Made by a program: the position numbers and the translations under genes. This document shows, in pieces, positions 1-13,215 of a stretch of DNA of 64,000 nt. Source of the stretch: Lama glama. Its lineage: Eukaryota. Numbering within the stretch: position 1 is the stretch's first letter; the number at the start of each line of letters is the position of its first letter. The notes beneath the pieces are model-generated. The model saw only the letters and a program-made list of their open reading frames with translations, was not told where the DNA came from and made no database searches. Location of the stretch: positions 21,888,001 through 21,952,000 of the forward strand of contig CM052816.1 of assembly GCA_028534125.1 (NCBI GenBank), read 5' to 3'.

Positions 1-199
1 CCTCGACCTGTCAAATCTGCGTTGGTAGGCACTGGCCTTTTATTAACCAATTATTAGAAAGACTCTAAGAAGAAAATGTACTTATTGGGAAGATTTAGAT
101 ATACATAATTTCTTAACAAATTTAGGGGGAAAATGCACAGAAGCTGTATACTTACACCTACATACAGGCAGATGTTTTTTAAATGAACTGTCAGTTGAC

Positions 200-597
200 A
201 ACTGTGTCACTTGGGACCACTGGGAAATGGTTGTTGCAAGAGAATTAAAAGTTCAAGTAGCATCTTAAAGCGGGTAAGACCTAAGAAAGGAAAGCTGGAA
301 GGAAGCAGGATTAGGCTGAAATAGCCTCAGTCTTCAATGCAAATCTGGCAGAAGCTCTCCCAGTGGGGTGGTCTGGAGCGAAGATTGTCCATTATAGGAA
401 TCTTATCTTATGTTGGGCTGCTATGCTGGGATGTTGGCTGAGTCTTGCCCAAGAAGATGATGGCCTCAGCCTGAAAGCTGAAGCAGATTCTAAAGATGTT
501 GTAGCTGGGGGCTATTAGCTAACTGTACTTAATGCAGTGGAACAGCAAGTTCTTTGTTGAAGGAGATCTGAGCAGAGCACCTTCATGGCTGCCACAG
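200..597 (-). mobile_element. Old ERVL-class solo LTR (family uncertain)
   Basis: Reverse strand begins TGTGGCAGCCATGAAGGTGCTCTGCTCAGATCTCC, resembling recalled ancient ERVL LTR starts. Confidence 0.5.
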
Positions 598-1232
598 TGA
601 TAATAATTACAGCTATCACTGAGTATCTCCTACCCTCCAGACACCCTAGGTTCTCTTTACGTGTATTATTTATAACTTTTGCATGGCAATCCTTAGGGTA
701 GGATAATCCCTATTGTTCAAATAAAGAAATTAAAAGGTTACATAGCCAATAAATTACAGCACTTACATATTTAGTATACTAGGTAAGTATACCCATAAAA
801 TTTTTTAGATAAAATCTTCCTAATACATATTCTGGATTATGTCTTGAACAACTAGTTTAAGTCATTTTAAGCCAGTAAAAAAGTAAAGAATGAAAGAAAG
901 AAAAGAGGAAAGAAAGAAAAAAGAAACCTAACACCACTATGATGTTCAAGCTTTATGAGTTTGGGTCCAGACTGGACAGCATATAATGATACCTATTCAA
1001 AGAGATTTATCAGTTGCACCACACAGAGTTTTCTTGGAAGTTGTTTGACCTAGCTCAAGCCAGAATATTCTTTAGTTACCTGTCTAGTGGTTTAAAATTT
1101 AATTAGCAGATTAAAATTTTATTACTACGACAATTATGATCTAGTATATTGTTTTTAAATTTTGTTTTTTACTGTATTAAAGTAGTTTTCTGTTTCTGCT
1201 TTTCAATCCCCTATCTCACAAAATATTGATAG

Positions 1233-1313
1233 GACACAAAGCCCAGTACTTCTGATAAGAAAAGCAGAGGCCTGTTAACAAGTACTCCATCTTCGCAAAC
1301 AGCTGGTTTAGTG
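1233..1313 (+). CDS. MEIKIN: MEIKIN internal coding exon (81 nt, phase 0/0): DTKPSTSDKKSRGLLTSTPSSQTAGLV
   Basis: AG at 1231-1232 and GTAAGT donor at 1314-1319. Open frame that joins the next exon in phase. Resembles recalled human MEIKIN (..RGLLTSTPSSETAGFV|IDLSS..) and contains an S-T-P motif. Confidence 0.88.
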
Positions 1314-1524
1314 GTAAGTACTATTAGCATTTGGCACTTGTAGTATCTATTTTCAGGCTCCCTGTTCTCCCCATTATTCTGTTTTTGTCAGGCCAGGGGA
1401 ATATGCACTTAGACAATAATGTCTGTATTTTCTGTTGTATAAACACACTTTCACTGGAAGTACTCTTTTACTACTGTACATAAAAGAAAGAATACTGCAG
1501 CACCAGTCAGGGTTCTTTAAAAAT

Positions 1525-2820
1525 TTTTTTGATTGTGGCAAAATAAACACAACGTGAAATTTGCCATTTTAACTATTTTAATGTATGGTTCCTTATGGTA
1601 GCTCACAGAGAAAAAAATGTGACAAATGTGACAATATATATATATGTTCATGTATAACTGAAAAATTGTGCTCTACACTGGAATTTGACACAACATTGTA
1701 AAATGATTATAAATCAATAAAAAATGTTAAAAAATGCACGGTTCAAGTACATACACATTGTTGGGCAACTATTACCTCTGTCCATATCTGGAACTTTTTT
1801 TATCTTGCAAAAATGAAATTTTATACCCATTAAAAAATGATTCATCATTCCTCCCTCCTCCAGTCCCTGGCAACCTCTGTTGTACTTTGTCTCTGTGTAT
1901 TTGACTATTCTAGGTATTTTATATAAAGGAGTCATACAGTGTCTTTTTTGTGACTGGCTTATTTCACTTAGCATAATGTCTTCAAGGTTCATCTATGTTG
2001 TAGCATGTATTAGAATTTCCTTCCCTTTTAAGGCTGAATAATATTCCATTGCATGAATATCCTACATTTTGTTTATCCATTCATCTCTCAATGGACATTT
2101 CAGTTGCTTCCATCTTTTGGCTATTGTAAGTAATGTCGCTCTGAACATGGGTATGCAAGTATCTTTTTGTGACACTGCTTTCAATTCTTTTGGGTATATA
2201 TTTTGAAGTGGAATTGCTGGATCATATGGAAATTCTCATTTTAACTTTTTGAGCAACCATTTTCCTATTTTTCATACTGGATGCACTATTTTTCATTCTC
2301 ACCAACAATGCACTAGGGTTCCAATTTCTCAACATCCTTGCCAACACTTGTTATATTCTGTATGTTGGTGTTTTTTTAAATGATAGCCATCTGTAGAGGT
2401 GTGACATGGTTCCTCATTGTGGTTTTGATTTTTATTTCCCCAAAATAAAAATAGTGTTGTTGAACACCTTTTCACATAATGAGTGGCCGTTTTTAATATC
2501 TTCTTTTGAGAAATGTCTGTTCAAGTCCTTTGCTTATTTTAAAAATCAGATTGTTTATTTTTCTGTTGAGTTGTAGTTCTTTATATATTCTAGATATTAA
2601 CCCCTTATCAGCTATATGGTTTGCAAATATCTTCTCCCATTCTGTGAATTACCTTTTCATTCTTTTGATAATGTCTTGTGATGCACAAAAGTTTTTAATA
2701 TATGTAATTCTGTTTATCCTTTTTGTTGTTGTTGTTGCGTGTGCTTTTGTGTCATATCCAAAAAATCATTTGGAAATGCAGTGTTATGAAGCTTTTTCCC
2801 TTTGTCTTCTTGTAAGAATC
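1525..2820 (-). mobile_element. L1 3' fragment (L1MA/MB-like), interrupted by a younger L1 tail
   Basis: Minus-strand ORF 1714..1992 (MNLEDIMLSEISQSQK) is the L1 ORF2 C-terminus, followed by typical 3'UTR. Confidence 0.85.
1592..1732 (+). mobile_element. Young L1-type 3' tail (~140 bp, 5'-truncated) with TSD
   Basis: Near-identical (reverse complement) to 23636-23760. Ends AATAAAAAATGTTAAAAAA. TSD aatgtatggttc (1580-1591) / aatgcacggttc (1733-1744). Confidence 0.85.
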
Positions 2821-3494
2821 TAATGAATACATCTTACCCAACCAGAGTTCTTAGGTTCAACTAAATGACAGAAATACAGCTTTCAAGTGGAGCAGAATCA
2901 AGTATTCCTCATCATTGGGAGCAGTCCTCACAGAAGTCCATGTGGTAACATACATAGCAGTCTGGGACAGCTCATGTACAAGGAGATGAGGTCCAATATC
3001 TTTTGTAATAACACATAGACATAGCTTCCAGTGTCCCCTAGAGGGACATGCCTAATTACAAGAGTCAGGAAACCCAAAATATGGTGCCTTTAATAGTATT
3101 TATTTACTTAAAGTACTTATACTTCTGGTGCATTTATAGCTGCTCCCTGTCCAAATGCAATTTATAAATCAGATACCATTTTTGCCCTAAGCGTTGTTGC
3201 ATAGTAATACAGTGGACATTCTTACCTTTATCAGATTCCTTGTGGAGCAGAGCTAGAGAGTTAGCCAAAGATCAGTTTTTTCAAGATGGGGAAAAGGTTT
3301 CTGTGAACACTCTGCTCACAATCTTTATAGTGTTCTAAAGATTAATACCTTTTCCAGAAAATGAATGCTTTATTTTTTTATTCATTTTTGTTTGATATTT
3401 TGGGTTAAAACGTATAGAGAGATAGATAAATTTTTAAAAAGGAGTTTTTCCCCCATAAAACCAATTAGTGACTATTTTATAAATACTGACATCT

Positions 3495-4870
3495 TTTAAA
3501 AATTGAGCTATAATTCACATTTTATAAAGTTCACCTTGCTAAAGTGTAAATTCAGTGACTTCTGGTATACTCATAAGGTTGTGCAACCATTATCACAATC
3601 TAATTTAAGAACATTTTTAATCACCCCCTTAACAGTCACTTACCATTCCCCCAATCTTACCCTCTAGCTCCTGGAAATTACTAATCTATTCTGTCTCTTT
3701 AGGTTTGCTTATTGTGGCTATTTCATATAAATGGTTTCATACAATATTTGGTCTTCTGTGTCTGGCTTTCACTTACCATAATGTTTTTAAGATTTATCCA
3801 TGTTAACAGCATATATCAGTATTCTGTTCCTTATTTATGACTGAATAATATCCCATTGTAAGGATACACCACATTGTATTTACTGATTCATCTGTTTGTG
3901 AGCATTTAGATGAATAATAATGCTATGAACATTCATATACAAGTTTTTATATGAATATATGTTTTCACTTTTCTCGAGTATATGCCTAGAAGTGGAGATG
4001 GAATGAATCGATTACATGTAACACTTTTTTTGTAGTGGATTTAAAAAACAGTTTTACTGAGGTACAATTTACCTATTTAGAGTATAAAATTCTGTGGTTT
4101 TGGTGTATTCACAAAAATGTGCTATCATTACCACAGTTAATTTTTAGAACATTTTTATCACCTCAAAAATAAACCCCATTCACTTTAACCATTGCTATTA
4201 CCCCCTTATTCCTCCATTCCACTATCTGGCCCCAAACTGCCATCAATCTACTTTCCGTCTCTATAGATTTACTGGACATCTTGTATGAATAAAATCTTTT
4301 GTGACTGATTTCTTTTACTTAGAATAATGTTTTCAACATTCATCCATGTCATATGATGTGTCAGTTCTTCTTTCCTTTTCATGGCCAAATATTCCATTGT
4401 GTTCATGGCCATTTGGGCTATTTTGACTAATGCTGCTGTAAACATTCAGGTACAAGCTTTTGTGTGGATATATGTTTTCATTTCCCTTGGATAGTACTTA
4501 GAAGTAAAATTTCTGAGTTATATGGTTAACTCTATGGTTAATCATTAGAGGAACTACTTGATTCTTTTCCAAAGTGATTGAACAATTTTACATTCCCAGC
4601 AGCTGTGTGTGAGTGTTTTGATTTGTCTGTATTCTCACCAACACTTACTATCATCCCTCTTTTTGGGTGTGAAATAGTACCTTATTGTAATTTTACAGTT
4701 GATTGTATTGGTTCTTTGTATATCTTCTTTGAAGAAATGTCTTCTTATATCTTTTGCCCATTTTAAAATTAGGTTGTCTTTTTATTGTTGAGTTGTAAGT
4801 GTTCTTTATATGTTCTAGTTACTAGACCCTTATCAAATAAATGATTTGTAAATATTTTCTCCATTCTGTG
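3495..4870 (-). mobile_element. L1 (L1MB-like) 3' fragments
   Basis: Two antisense L1 3' ends (starting near 3495 and 4050) followed by decayed ORF2-end sequence. Confidence 0.75.
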
Positions 4871-5697
4871 GATATAACAGTGTCTTTTAATAAATAAAAA
4901 TACTTTTGAGAAGACTTAGTGGCTTAGCATTTTAAAGTCTATTTTGTTACCAAATGAATCTGAGACTAATTGCCCTTTGGTTCATTCCACAGGTTGCTGC
5001 CACCAAATGAGTCATGTAGATCTCCCTCAGTTCCAAGCTGTCAGTCTGGCCACCCTGAAAGGAAGCCAGTTGACTCAAGGACTTTGGGAGATTTTCATTT
5101 TCCAGGGTCTCACTTTATTGTGACCTTCCTAACACTGTTTCAAGATGTACATGGTTAGGCGTGAAGTTGTTCTGCCCTCCTGTAAGGAAGAAGAGCTAGG
5201 CAAGGGCAGACACTCCCACTTCCCACCCAGCACAGCTGATAATTCATTCTGGTCACATATGCATGTAGTGTAGCATAGGTTCAGGCCAGATTACTCTAGT
5301 CAGACCTAGCTGGATAACATGACAAAGCTTTTTGGAGTCCCAACCTAAAGAGTATGGATCCTGATTTGGTTTTAAATATTTTGAATTTGATATGGAAATA
5401 TGTGGTGATTTAAGTAACCTGATAGTGATATGGATATAATGCTCACAAAAAAGATAGGGATTTTAAAATATCTGGTGTTCAGTTGGTAGGCAAAAAGAAG
5501 GCAGGAGCAGAATGCTGGGGAAGGCTGACATTTAAGGGAAGTGCAAGGGAAGTTATTCCATGAACCATAGTTGCTGGGTAGATGAATTTCATTTGATAGG
5601 CACTTGATATATGTAAATTACATGATACTTTAGCAAACAAATATTTTTATTTAAAAAATTATTTTAAAGCCTAAGAGCCTTATATTATTCTTTATAG

Positions 5698-5801
5698 ATT
5701 GATTTGTTCCCAGTTAAACATGCGTCTTTTGAAGAAGCAATTATATTAATGCAGATCAAATTGTTCATATGTCAAGTTCACAAGAAAATGCTTCTATTGA
5801 G
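5698..5801 (+). pseudogene. Degenerate tandem duplicate (pseudo-exon) of MEIKIN exon 5890-6009
   Basis: Aligns along its length with the functional exon 192 bp downstream. Acceptor retained, 16-nt internal deletion, donor GT absent. Confidence 0.88.
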
Positions 5802-5889
5802 AGAATATGTCAACTTCCCTTTAATTGCTTAAAAATAATTGTTTTTGCAACATTTAACTTCTACAAAAGAGTAATATATTCTTTTGTAG

Positions 5890-6009
5890 ATTGATTTGTC
5901 CTCAGTGCAGAAAGCATCTTCTGAAGAACTATTTCCAAATGTCAGCAATTACGTTAACTCAAATGAAATCGTTCCTGTGTCAAGTGTGCAAGAAAATCCT
6001 TCAAATGAG
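5890..6009 (+). CDS. MEIKIN: MEIKIN internal coding exon (120 nt): IDLSSVQKASSEELFPNVSNYVNSNEIVPVSSVQENPSNE
   Basis: Acceptor ttcttttgtAG ending 5889 and GT at 6010. Overlaps ORF-track entry 5896..6087. Peptide matches recalled MEIKIN C-terminal region. Confidence 0.93.
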
Positions 6010-6384
6010 GTAGTATTTTCATATTTTCCTTCAATTACTAAAAGAAATAATTACTGTTATATTAGAGATACTTTGAGAAATTTGTAACTCAGTGGAGGAT
6101 AATAGCATCTATATGTGGAATCAGCTATCAGCTACAATTCCAGTTAAAGGATATTAGGCTGCCACAGCAAAAACACTTAGCATCATTGGGACCTGGGGAT
6201 ATTAAATAACTAGAATAAACAGTATTATCCTACTTTGTCCCTAAACTCAGTTTTTGTCTGTACGTAAAAAAAATGTGGCTATCAACCTTGTTGTGTTAGA
6301 ATGAAAGTACTATATGGAAGTTCTAAGCTCCATTAATAAAGAAGATATAAAACTCAAGACTCTATGAGTCATGGAGGTTTGGGT

Positions 6385-6522
6385 GGGAGTAGAGGGAGAG
6401 GATGAGCAGAAAAAGAGAGGAAAACAAAAAGAGAGAGGGGGAAGGGGGGAGGGGGCAGACAAGAAAGACAGAGAGAAAGAGTAAGACAAGAAAGAGGCAG
6501 AGAAAAAAGAAAGAAAGAGGCA
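6385..6522. repeat. Purine-rich (GA) low-complexity tract
   Basis: Almost only A and G over ~135 bp. Confidence 0.85.
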
Positions 6523-7452
6523 GAACTTATTGATATGTAGTGGTTCATTGTCGCTAGATGTTTTCAGGGTGAAGTTGGGGATCTGGGTGGTGAGGAGAAA
6601 GGTGGAGATGAGATTGTAAAGGTAAACAGGGGCCAAGATTGTAAAGGGTCTTATAATCCTTATTAAGGAATTTGGATATTTTCCTGTGGGGAGCTGGTAA
6701 AGGATTGTAAACAGGAGATACCCAATGCTCTTGTATAAAATTTATTTTGGTTTCAGGCATGGAGAACAGATTGAAAAAGGCTGAGGCTAGAGGCAGTTTG
6801 AGGGATAATCTCCAGAGAAGGAGAGAGAGAGAGAATAAAGAGGCTTAAGGAAAGTAAAAATAGTTTAAAGTAGGATTTGGGGGGGAATGGAAGAACTAGG
6901 GAAACCCAAGATTATACAGCACATTGTTGAGACCCCAGCTGAAACTGGGAACTACTACTTAAAAAAAAAACTTTATTGAGATATAATTGACATGAAGTAA
7001 ACTGCACATATTTAAAGTGTGCAGTTTGAAAATTTTCACATATGTATGCACCTGTGAATCCACTGTCACAATCAAGATAGTGAAAATATCCATCACCAAA
7101 AGTTTCCTCCTACCATTTTATAATTTTTTTCTTCCTGCCCCACCCCCACCCCCTTACAATAGTGAGCAACTACTGATCTAGTTATGGTCATTATAGATTG
7201 GTTTACGTGTTCTAGAATTTTGGAGTCATGAGAAAGAGAGAGAGAGACAAAGAGAAAGAGATTTTTTTGGTCTGACTTTTTTCACTCAGCATAATTATTT
7301 TGAAATTCAGCCATGTTATCAATAGTTTATTCCTTTTTATTGCTACATAGTATTCCATTGCATGGTATACAGAAAATTATTTATCTAGTCACCTATTCAT
7401 GGACATTCAGGTTGTTTAGCTGCTAGGAACATTTATGTACAAGTATTTGTAT

Positions 7453-8771
7453 TGACAAATAATCTCCCCTTGATCAAACTTTAGGCTCTTCTGAGCCCTC
7501 TTCTCAACTAGGCCTTGACCTTGGGCTTCTATGTGCATCCTGGAATACAGCTTTAGCAAGAATTCTGCTAAGTCAGTTAAGAGAGAATCTTCCATTCCTG
7601 ACGTCTGATCACCCTGACTGCCTTTAGCACTCTGACATGTTAAATCTAATTTGGTTCCTGGACCCAGTTTCAATGAGTGTGTGGTGGGGAGGGTTTCCCC
7701 ACACCTCTAACAAGCAGTGCACCGGGAGCCAGCTGGGTGTCCTAGAATTCAACTTGGTTCTGACACTGTCCACACAGAGATAGCATCAGATTCCACAGGT
7801 AAAGGGCTCAGTCCCAGAAGAACACTTCCCACTTCAGACACCAATTACAAGCCCAGGTTATTACCTGTGTTTTTGACAGGCCGGCTACAAATTGGAGGTT
7901 CCTATGATCTCCTTCCTTGGACTTCAGGCTCCAGTCACAATTCTAGGTTATTACCTTTACTTCTGATTGACTGGCTATAAATCAGAGGTTCCCACGACCC
8001 TCTCCTGGGGTTCGATTAATTTGCTAGAGCAGCTCAGAGAGCTCAGAAAAACATTTTACTTACTAGATTACTGGTTCGTTATGAAAGGATATAATTCAGG
8101 ACCAGCCAGATGGAAGAGATGCATTGGACAGGGTATGGGGAAAGGGTGCAGAGTTTCCATGCTTTCTTCCGGAGTGCCACTCTCCCCAAATCTCACCAAC
8201 CCAGAAGCTCTCTGAATTCCATCCATTTGGGATTTTATGGAAGCTTTATTAGGTAGATGTGATGGATTTAATCAATGGCCATTGGTGATTAGTTCAACCT
8301 CTAACTTCTCTCTCCTCCCTGGAGCTTATGGGTTGGGCCTGAAATTTCCAACCCTCTAATCACATAGTTGGTTTCCCTGGTAACCAGCCCCCATCCTTAA
8401 GTGCAGTCCAGAAGTTACCTCATTGATGTAACAAAAGATACCTTTGTTGCTCTCATCACTTAGGAGATTCCAAGCATTTTAGGAGCTCAATTCCAGGAAT
8501 GGGGACAAAACCAAAGATAGATTTCTTATTGTAAATCACAATTTCACAGATCAGTTTAGCAAGAATCCCTTTACCCTTGATGTCTCCTCTTAGCAGTTTC
8601 TCAACCTCTGATGCCCTCACTCTGCTCATTGGCTATAAATCCCCAGCTGTCTTTTCTGTGTTTGAAGTTAGACCTGATCTGTGACCCCTATTGCAATACC
8701 CCTATTTCAGCAGTCTTCAATAAAGTCTTCCTTATTGTTTTAACAAGTATCAGAATACTTTTCCTTTTACA
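7453..8771 (+). mobile_element. Solo LTR (MER31-like), split by a MER21-like LTR
   Basis: TG...CA ends with 4-bp TSD GTAT (7449-7452 / 8772-8775). TATAAA 8634-8639 and AATAAA 8719-8724. Confidence 0.78.
7632..8548 (-). mobile_element. MER21-like LTR
   Basis: Reverse strand starts TGTGAAATTGTGATTTACAATAAGAAAT, like recalled MER21 consensus. Confidence 0.78.
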
Positions 8772-10313
8772 GTATGGATATATATTTTCTTTCCTGTTGT
8801 GTAAATACCTGGGAGTAGAAATTGCAAAGCTGTTTTTCAAAGTGGTTGTGCCATCTTACATTTAAATTAGCTGTGTTCTAGAGTTGTTTCTTTGCATCCA
8901 ACAATTAGTATGGTCGGTCTTTTAATCTTTACCATGCTGATGGATATGAAGTGATATCTTATTGTGGTTTTAATTTGCATTTCTCTAATGACTAATGATG
9001 TTGATCACTTTTTCATGTACTTATTTGCCATCTGTATGTCTTCTTTGGTGATGTATCTGTTCAAATCTTTTGCCCATTAAAAAAAATGGTTGATTTTTCT
9101 CATTGTAGGATCTGAGAGTTCTTTGTATATTCTGGATGCAAATCTTTTATCAGATTTATACTTTGAAAGATATGCTTCTAGCCTGTGCCTTGTTTTTTCA
9201 CACTCTCCACCATCTTAAAAAAAAGAGCTTTTATGCAGTATATTTTACATATCATAAAATTCACCCATTTCAGGATTACAATTCAGTGATTTTTTAGTAA
9301 ATTTATGAAGTTCAACCGTCACCTTATGTCAGTTTTAGAACATCTTCATCCCTCGTGCCCATTTACAGCTAAGCCCTGTTCTCTACCCAGCCTTAGGGAA
9401 ATACTCATCTACTTTATGTCTCTAGAGTTGCCTTTTCTGGGCATTTCATATGAATGGAATCATACGATTTGTAGTTTCTTGTGAAACAGTGTCATTTGAG
9501 AAACCTAAGTTTTTAACTTTGATAAAATCCAACTGGTCAATTTTTTAATGAGATGTTGTCATAACTAAGAAATCTTTGCCTAACCTGAAATCACAAAGAA
9601 TTTCTCTGTTTTCTTCTAGAAGTTTTATAGTTTAAAGTTCTACATTTATGCCTGTGAGTTAATTTTTATATATGATTATGGATTCGAGTTCATTTTTTTG
9701 CATATGGACATTCAGTTATCCTAGCACCATTAGTGGAAATAGTATTCTTTACTGTATTGCCTTTGTACTTTTGCTGAAAAACGGATATCTATACATAGGT
9801 ATAGTTCTGTGTCTGAATTCTTTATATTATTCCATTCATCTACTTTTCTATCCTTATGCCAGTACCATGCAGTATTGAACAATGTGGCACTATAATAATT
9901 CTTGAAATCAGATAGTGTTAGCCCTCTAACTTTGTTATTCTTTTTCAGTTGTTTTGGCTATTCTAGATCCTTTGAATTTTTATATGAATATTAAAATAAG
10001 CTGGTCAGTTTCTACCAAAAAAAAAAACCTGATGGGATTTTGATTAGGATTGCACTGAATTCATAGATTAATTTGAGGATAGTTAATATTGTTACAATAT
10101 TGGTGTCTGTCCATTTATTTAGGCCTTCTTTAATGTCTCTCAGAAATATCTTGTAGTTTTTACTGTACAGATCATTATTCCCACCTGATGTCACTATTTC
10201 TCACCTAATTTCAGTGTTTCATATTTTGATGCTATTATAAATGGTAGTTTTCATTTTAATTTCTCACTATTCATTGCTAGCATATAGAAACATTCCTTTT
10301 TGTAATTGACTGT

Positions 10314-10688
10314 TATGTTAGTCTTCTTGAGCTTCCATCAGGAAATACCATAGAGTGGGTGGCTTAAACAACAGAAATTTATTTTCTGACAGTTCTGGAG
10401 GCTGTGAAGTCCAAGACCAAGTTGCTGTCAGTTCCCTGAGGGCTGTCTTCCTGGCTTGTAGATGACCACCATCTTTCTATGACTTCACATGGCCTTTTCT
10501 CTCTTTGCACAAAGAGAGCTCTTGTGTTTCTTCCTTTTCTTATGAGGGCACCAGACCTCTCAGATTTGGGCCTCACCTTTAGAACTTATATTGCCCTCTC
10601 ATAGACCCTTTCTCTAAATATAGTCTGATTGGGGATTATGACTTCAACATATGAATTTTTTTAGGACACAAACACTCAGTTCATAACA
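10314..10688 (-). mobile_element. MaLR solo LTR (MLT1A/B-like)
   Basis: Hallmark ggtggcttaaacaacagaaatttatttt...cagttctggaggctg...aagtccaaga. Confidence 0.8.
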
Positions 10689-12759
10689 AAGATACTGCAA
10701 ACTTGATAAACTTATTAGCCCTAGTAGTTGTTTTCCCTAAGTTTCCATTAGACCACAGGAAATTGTGTCATCTGTGAATAAAAACAGTTTTACTTCTTCC
10801 TTTCCAATCTGGATGCCTTTTTGCCCCTGCATAGTTGCAGTAGCTCAGCCCTTCTGTACAATTTTGAGTAAGAACAGTGAGGAGAGCAGACATCCTTGCC
10901 TTGTTTCTGTACTCTGAAATTTCCTTCTACTCCTAACATGCTTGCGAGATTTTTATCAGGAATAGATGTTGGATTTTTGCCAAATGCACTTTCTGTGTCT
11001 GTTAAGATGATCACAGGGTTTTTCTTTTTCTATTTGTTAATATGGTGAATTGATAATGATTGTGAATTAAGTGTAATATATTGACTGATGTTCTAATGTT
11101 AAACCAACTATGTGCATCCTGGGATAAACCCCACTTAGTTGTGTTGTATTTTTCTTTTTATATATTCTTGAATCTGATTTGCTTAAAATTTTTTTTAGAA
11201 TTTTTGGATCAATGTTCATGAGAGTCTGATTTTATTTTCTTTTGATGTATATCTAGGTATGTGTATGTATAGGCTCACAGAACAAATTGGGAAATATTTC
11301 TCCTTCTTCAATTTTCTAGAAAAGAGATAGTATTATTTCTGCCTTAAATATTTGGTAGAATTCACTAGTGAAGCCATCTAGGCCTTGAGTTTTCTTTGTT
11401 GAAAGGAAATAAGCCACAGTTACAGACTCCTTAGGGCTGTGCAACTTATCTATTTATGCTTGAATGAACTTTGGTAGTTTGTGTATTTTTATGAATTTAT
11501 CCATTTTCCGTAAATTTATTCAAGTTTATTGTCAAATATTTACAATATTCTCTTATTATTCTTTACTATGTTGGCATCTGTAGTGACATAACCTTATTCA
11601 TTCCTGATATTGGTAATTTGTGTCTTCCTTTTTTTTTTCCTAATCAATCTGTCTAGACATTTGGTTTCATTGATTTTTCTCTGTTGTTTTTCTATTTTCT
11701 ATTTTACTTATGTCTGCTGCTTTGTGTTTAACTTGCTTTTCTTTTTAGTGATACAAGACCTTTCTTCTTTTCTAATATAGGTGCTTAATGCTACAGATTT
11801 CCCTCAACTACTACACAAATTTTGACATGCTGTGTTTTCATTTTTATGCAGTTCAAATACTTTCCACTTTCCCTGTTTATTTATTCTTTGATCCATGGCT
11901 GTTTAGAAGTATGCTGTTGCTTTTCCAAATATTTGAAAAATTTCCAGAGATCTTTCTGTTACAGATTTCTAAGTTAATTCCAGTGTAGTCTAAGACCACA
12001 CTTTGTATGCCTAGCATCTTTTAAAATTTATTGAGACATGTTTTATAACCCATATGATTTATTTTGGTGAATGTTCTGTGTGCACTTAAGAATAATGTGT
12101 GTTCTGTTTTTGTTGGATAAAATGATCTATAAATGTCAATCAGTTTAGGTTAATTGATAGTGATGTTCAAGTTGACAATATTCTTGCTAATTTTTTTGCC
12201 TACTTGGTCTATTGATTATTAAGAGGTATTGAAATCTCTTAGTATAATGGTGGATTTGTCTGTGTCTTCTTTTAGTACATCCTTTTTTGTTTCACATATT
12301 TTGAAGCTCTGTTACTAGGTATATAAACATTTAGAGTGTTTAGGTTGTTATATCCTCTTGATTAATTCACACCTTTATCATTATGAAAGATCTTCCTTAT
12401 CCCTGGTAATATTCTTTGCATGGAAATCTACTTTGTCTGATATTAGTATAGCTACTCCAGCTTTCTTTTGACTGTTGTTAGCATGGTATATACTTTTACA
12501 TCCTTTTACTTTTTGAAAAAATTTTTAAAATTTTTAGAGAAGTTTTAAGTTTATAGCAAAATTGAAATTTCTCATGTACTCCCTAGCCCCACACATGCAT
12601 AGCCACCACCATAATCAACATCATTCACCAGGATGGTTTATGTTTTACCAAGGATGAGCCTCCAATGACATATCATAATCACCCAAAGTCCATAGTTTAA
12701 ATTAGGGTCATTCTTGGTGTTGTACATTCTTTGGGTTTGGATAAAAGTATAATGACATG

Positions 12760-13215
12760 CAGGCATACCTTAGAGATATTGCAGGTTCAGTTCCAGACCA
12801 CAGCAATAAAGTGAATATCACGATAAAGTGAGTCATAAATTTTTTGGTTTCCCTAAAATTATGTTTAAACTACACTGTAGTCTATTAAGTGTGTAATAGC
12901 ATTACATCAAAAAAGTAAATATCTTAATTTAAAAAATACATTATTGCTAAAAAGTGCCACAACAATTATGATAGTAACATCAAAAGATCACTGATCACTA
13001 GTCACCATAATGAATATAATAATAATGAAAACACATGAAATATGTGAGAATTACCAAAATGTAACACAGAGACATGAAGTGAGCAAATGCTGTTGGAAAA
13101 ATGGTCCCAATAGGCTTGCTGGGCACAGAATTGCCACAAATCTTAAAGTTGTATTAAAAAACACAGTATGTTCAAAGTGCAGTAAAGCAAAGAGCAATAA
13201 AACAAGGTATGCTTG
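12760..13215. mobile_element. Tigger1-family DNA transposon, internally deleted
   Basis: Terminal inverted repeats CAGGCATACCT...AGGTATGCTTG and Tigger1-like subterminal sequence. Confidence 0.85.

Noticed and set aside
6010..6087. ORF-track extension past the MEIKIN exon
   Set aside because: Read-through into intron after the GT at 6010. The spliced path to 30701 keeps the frame and the homology.
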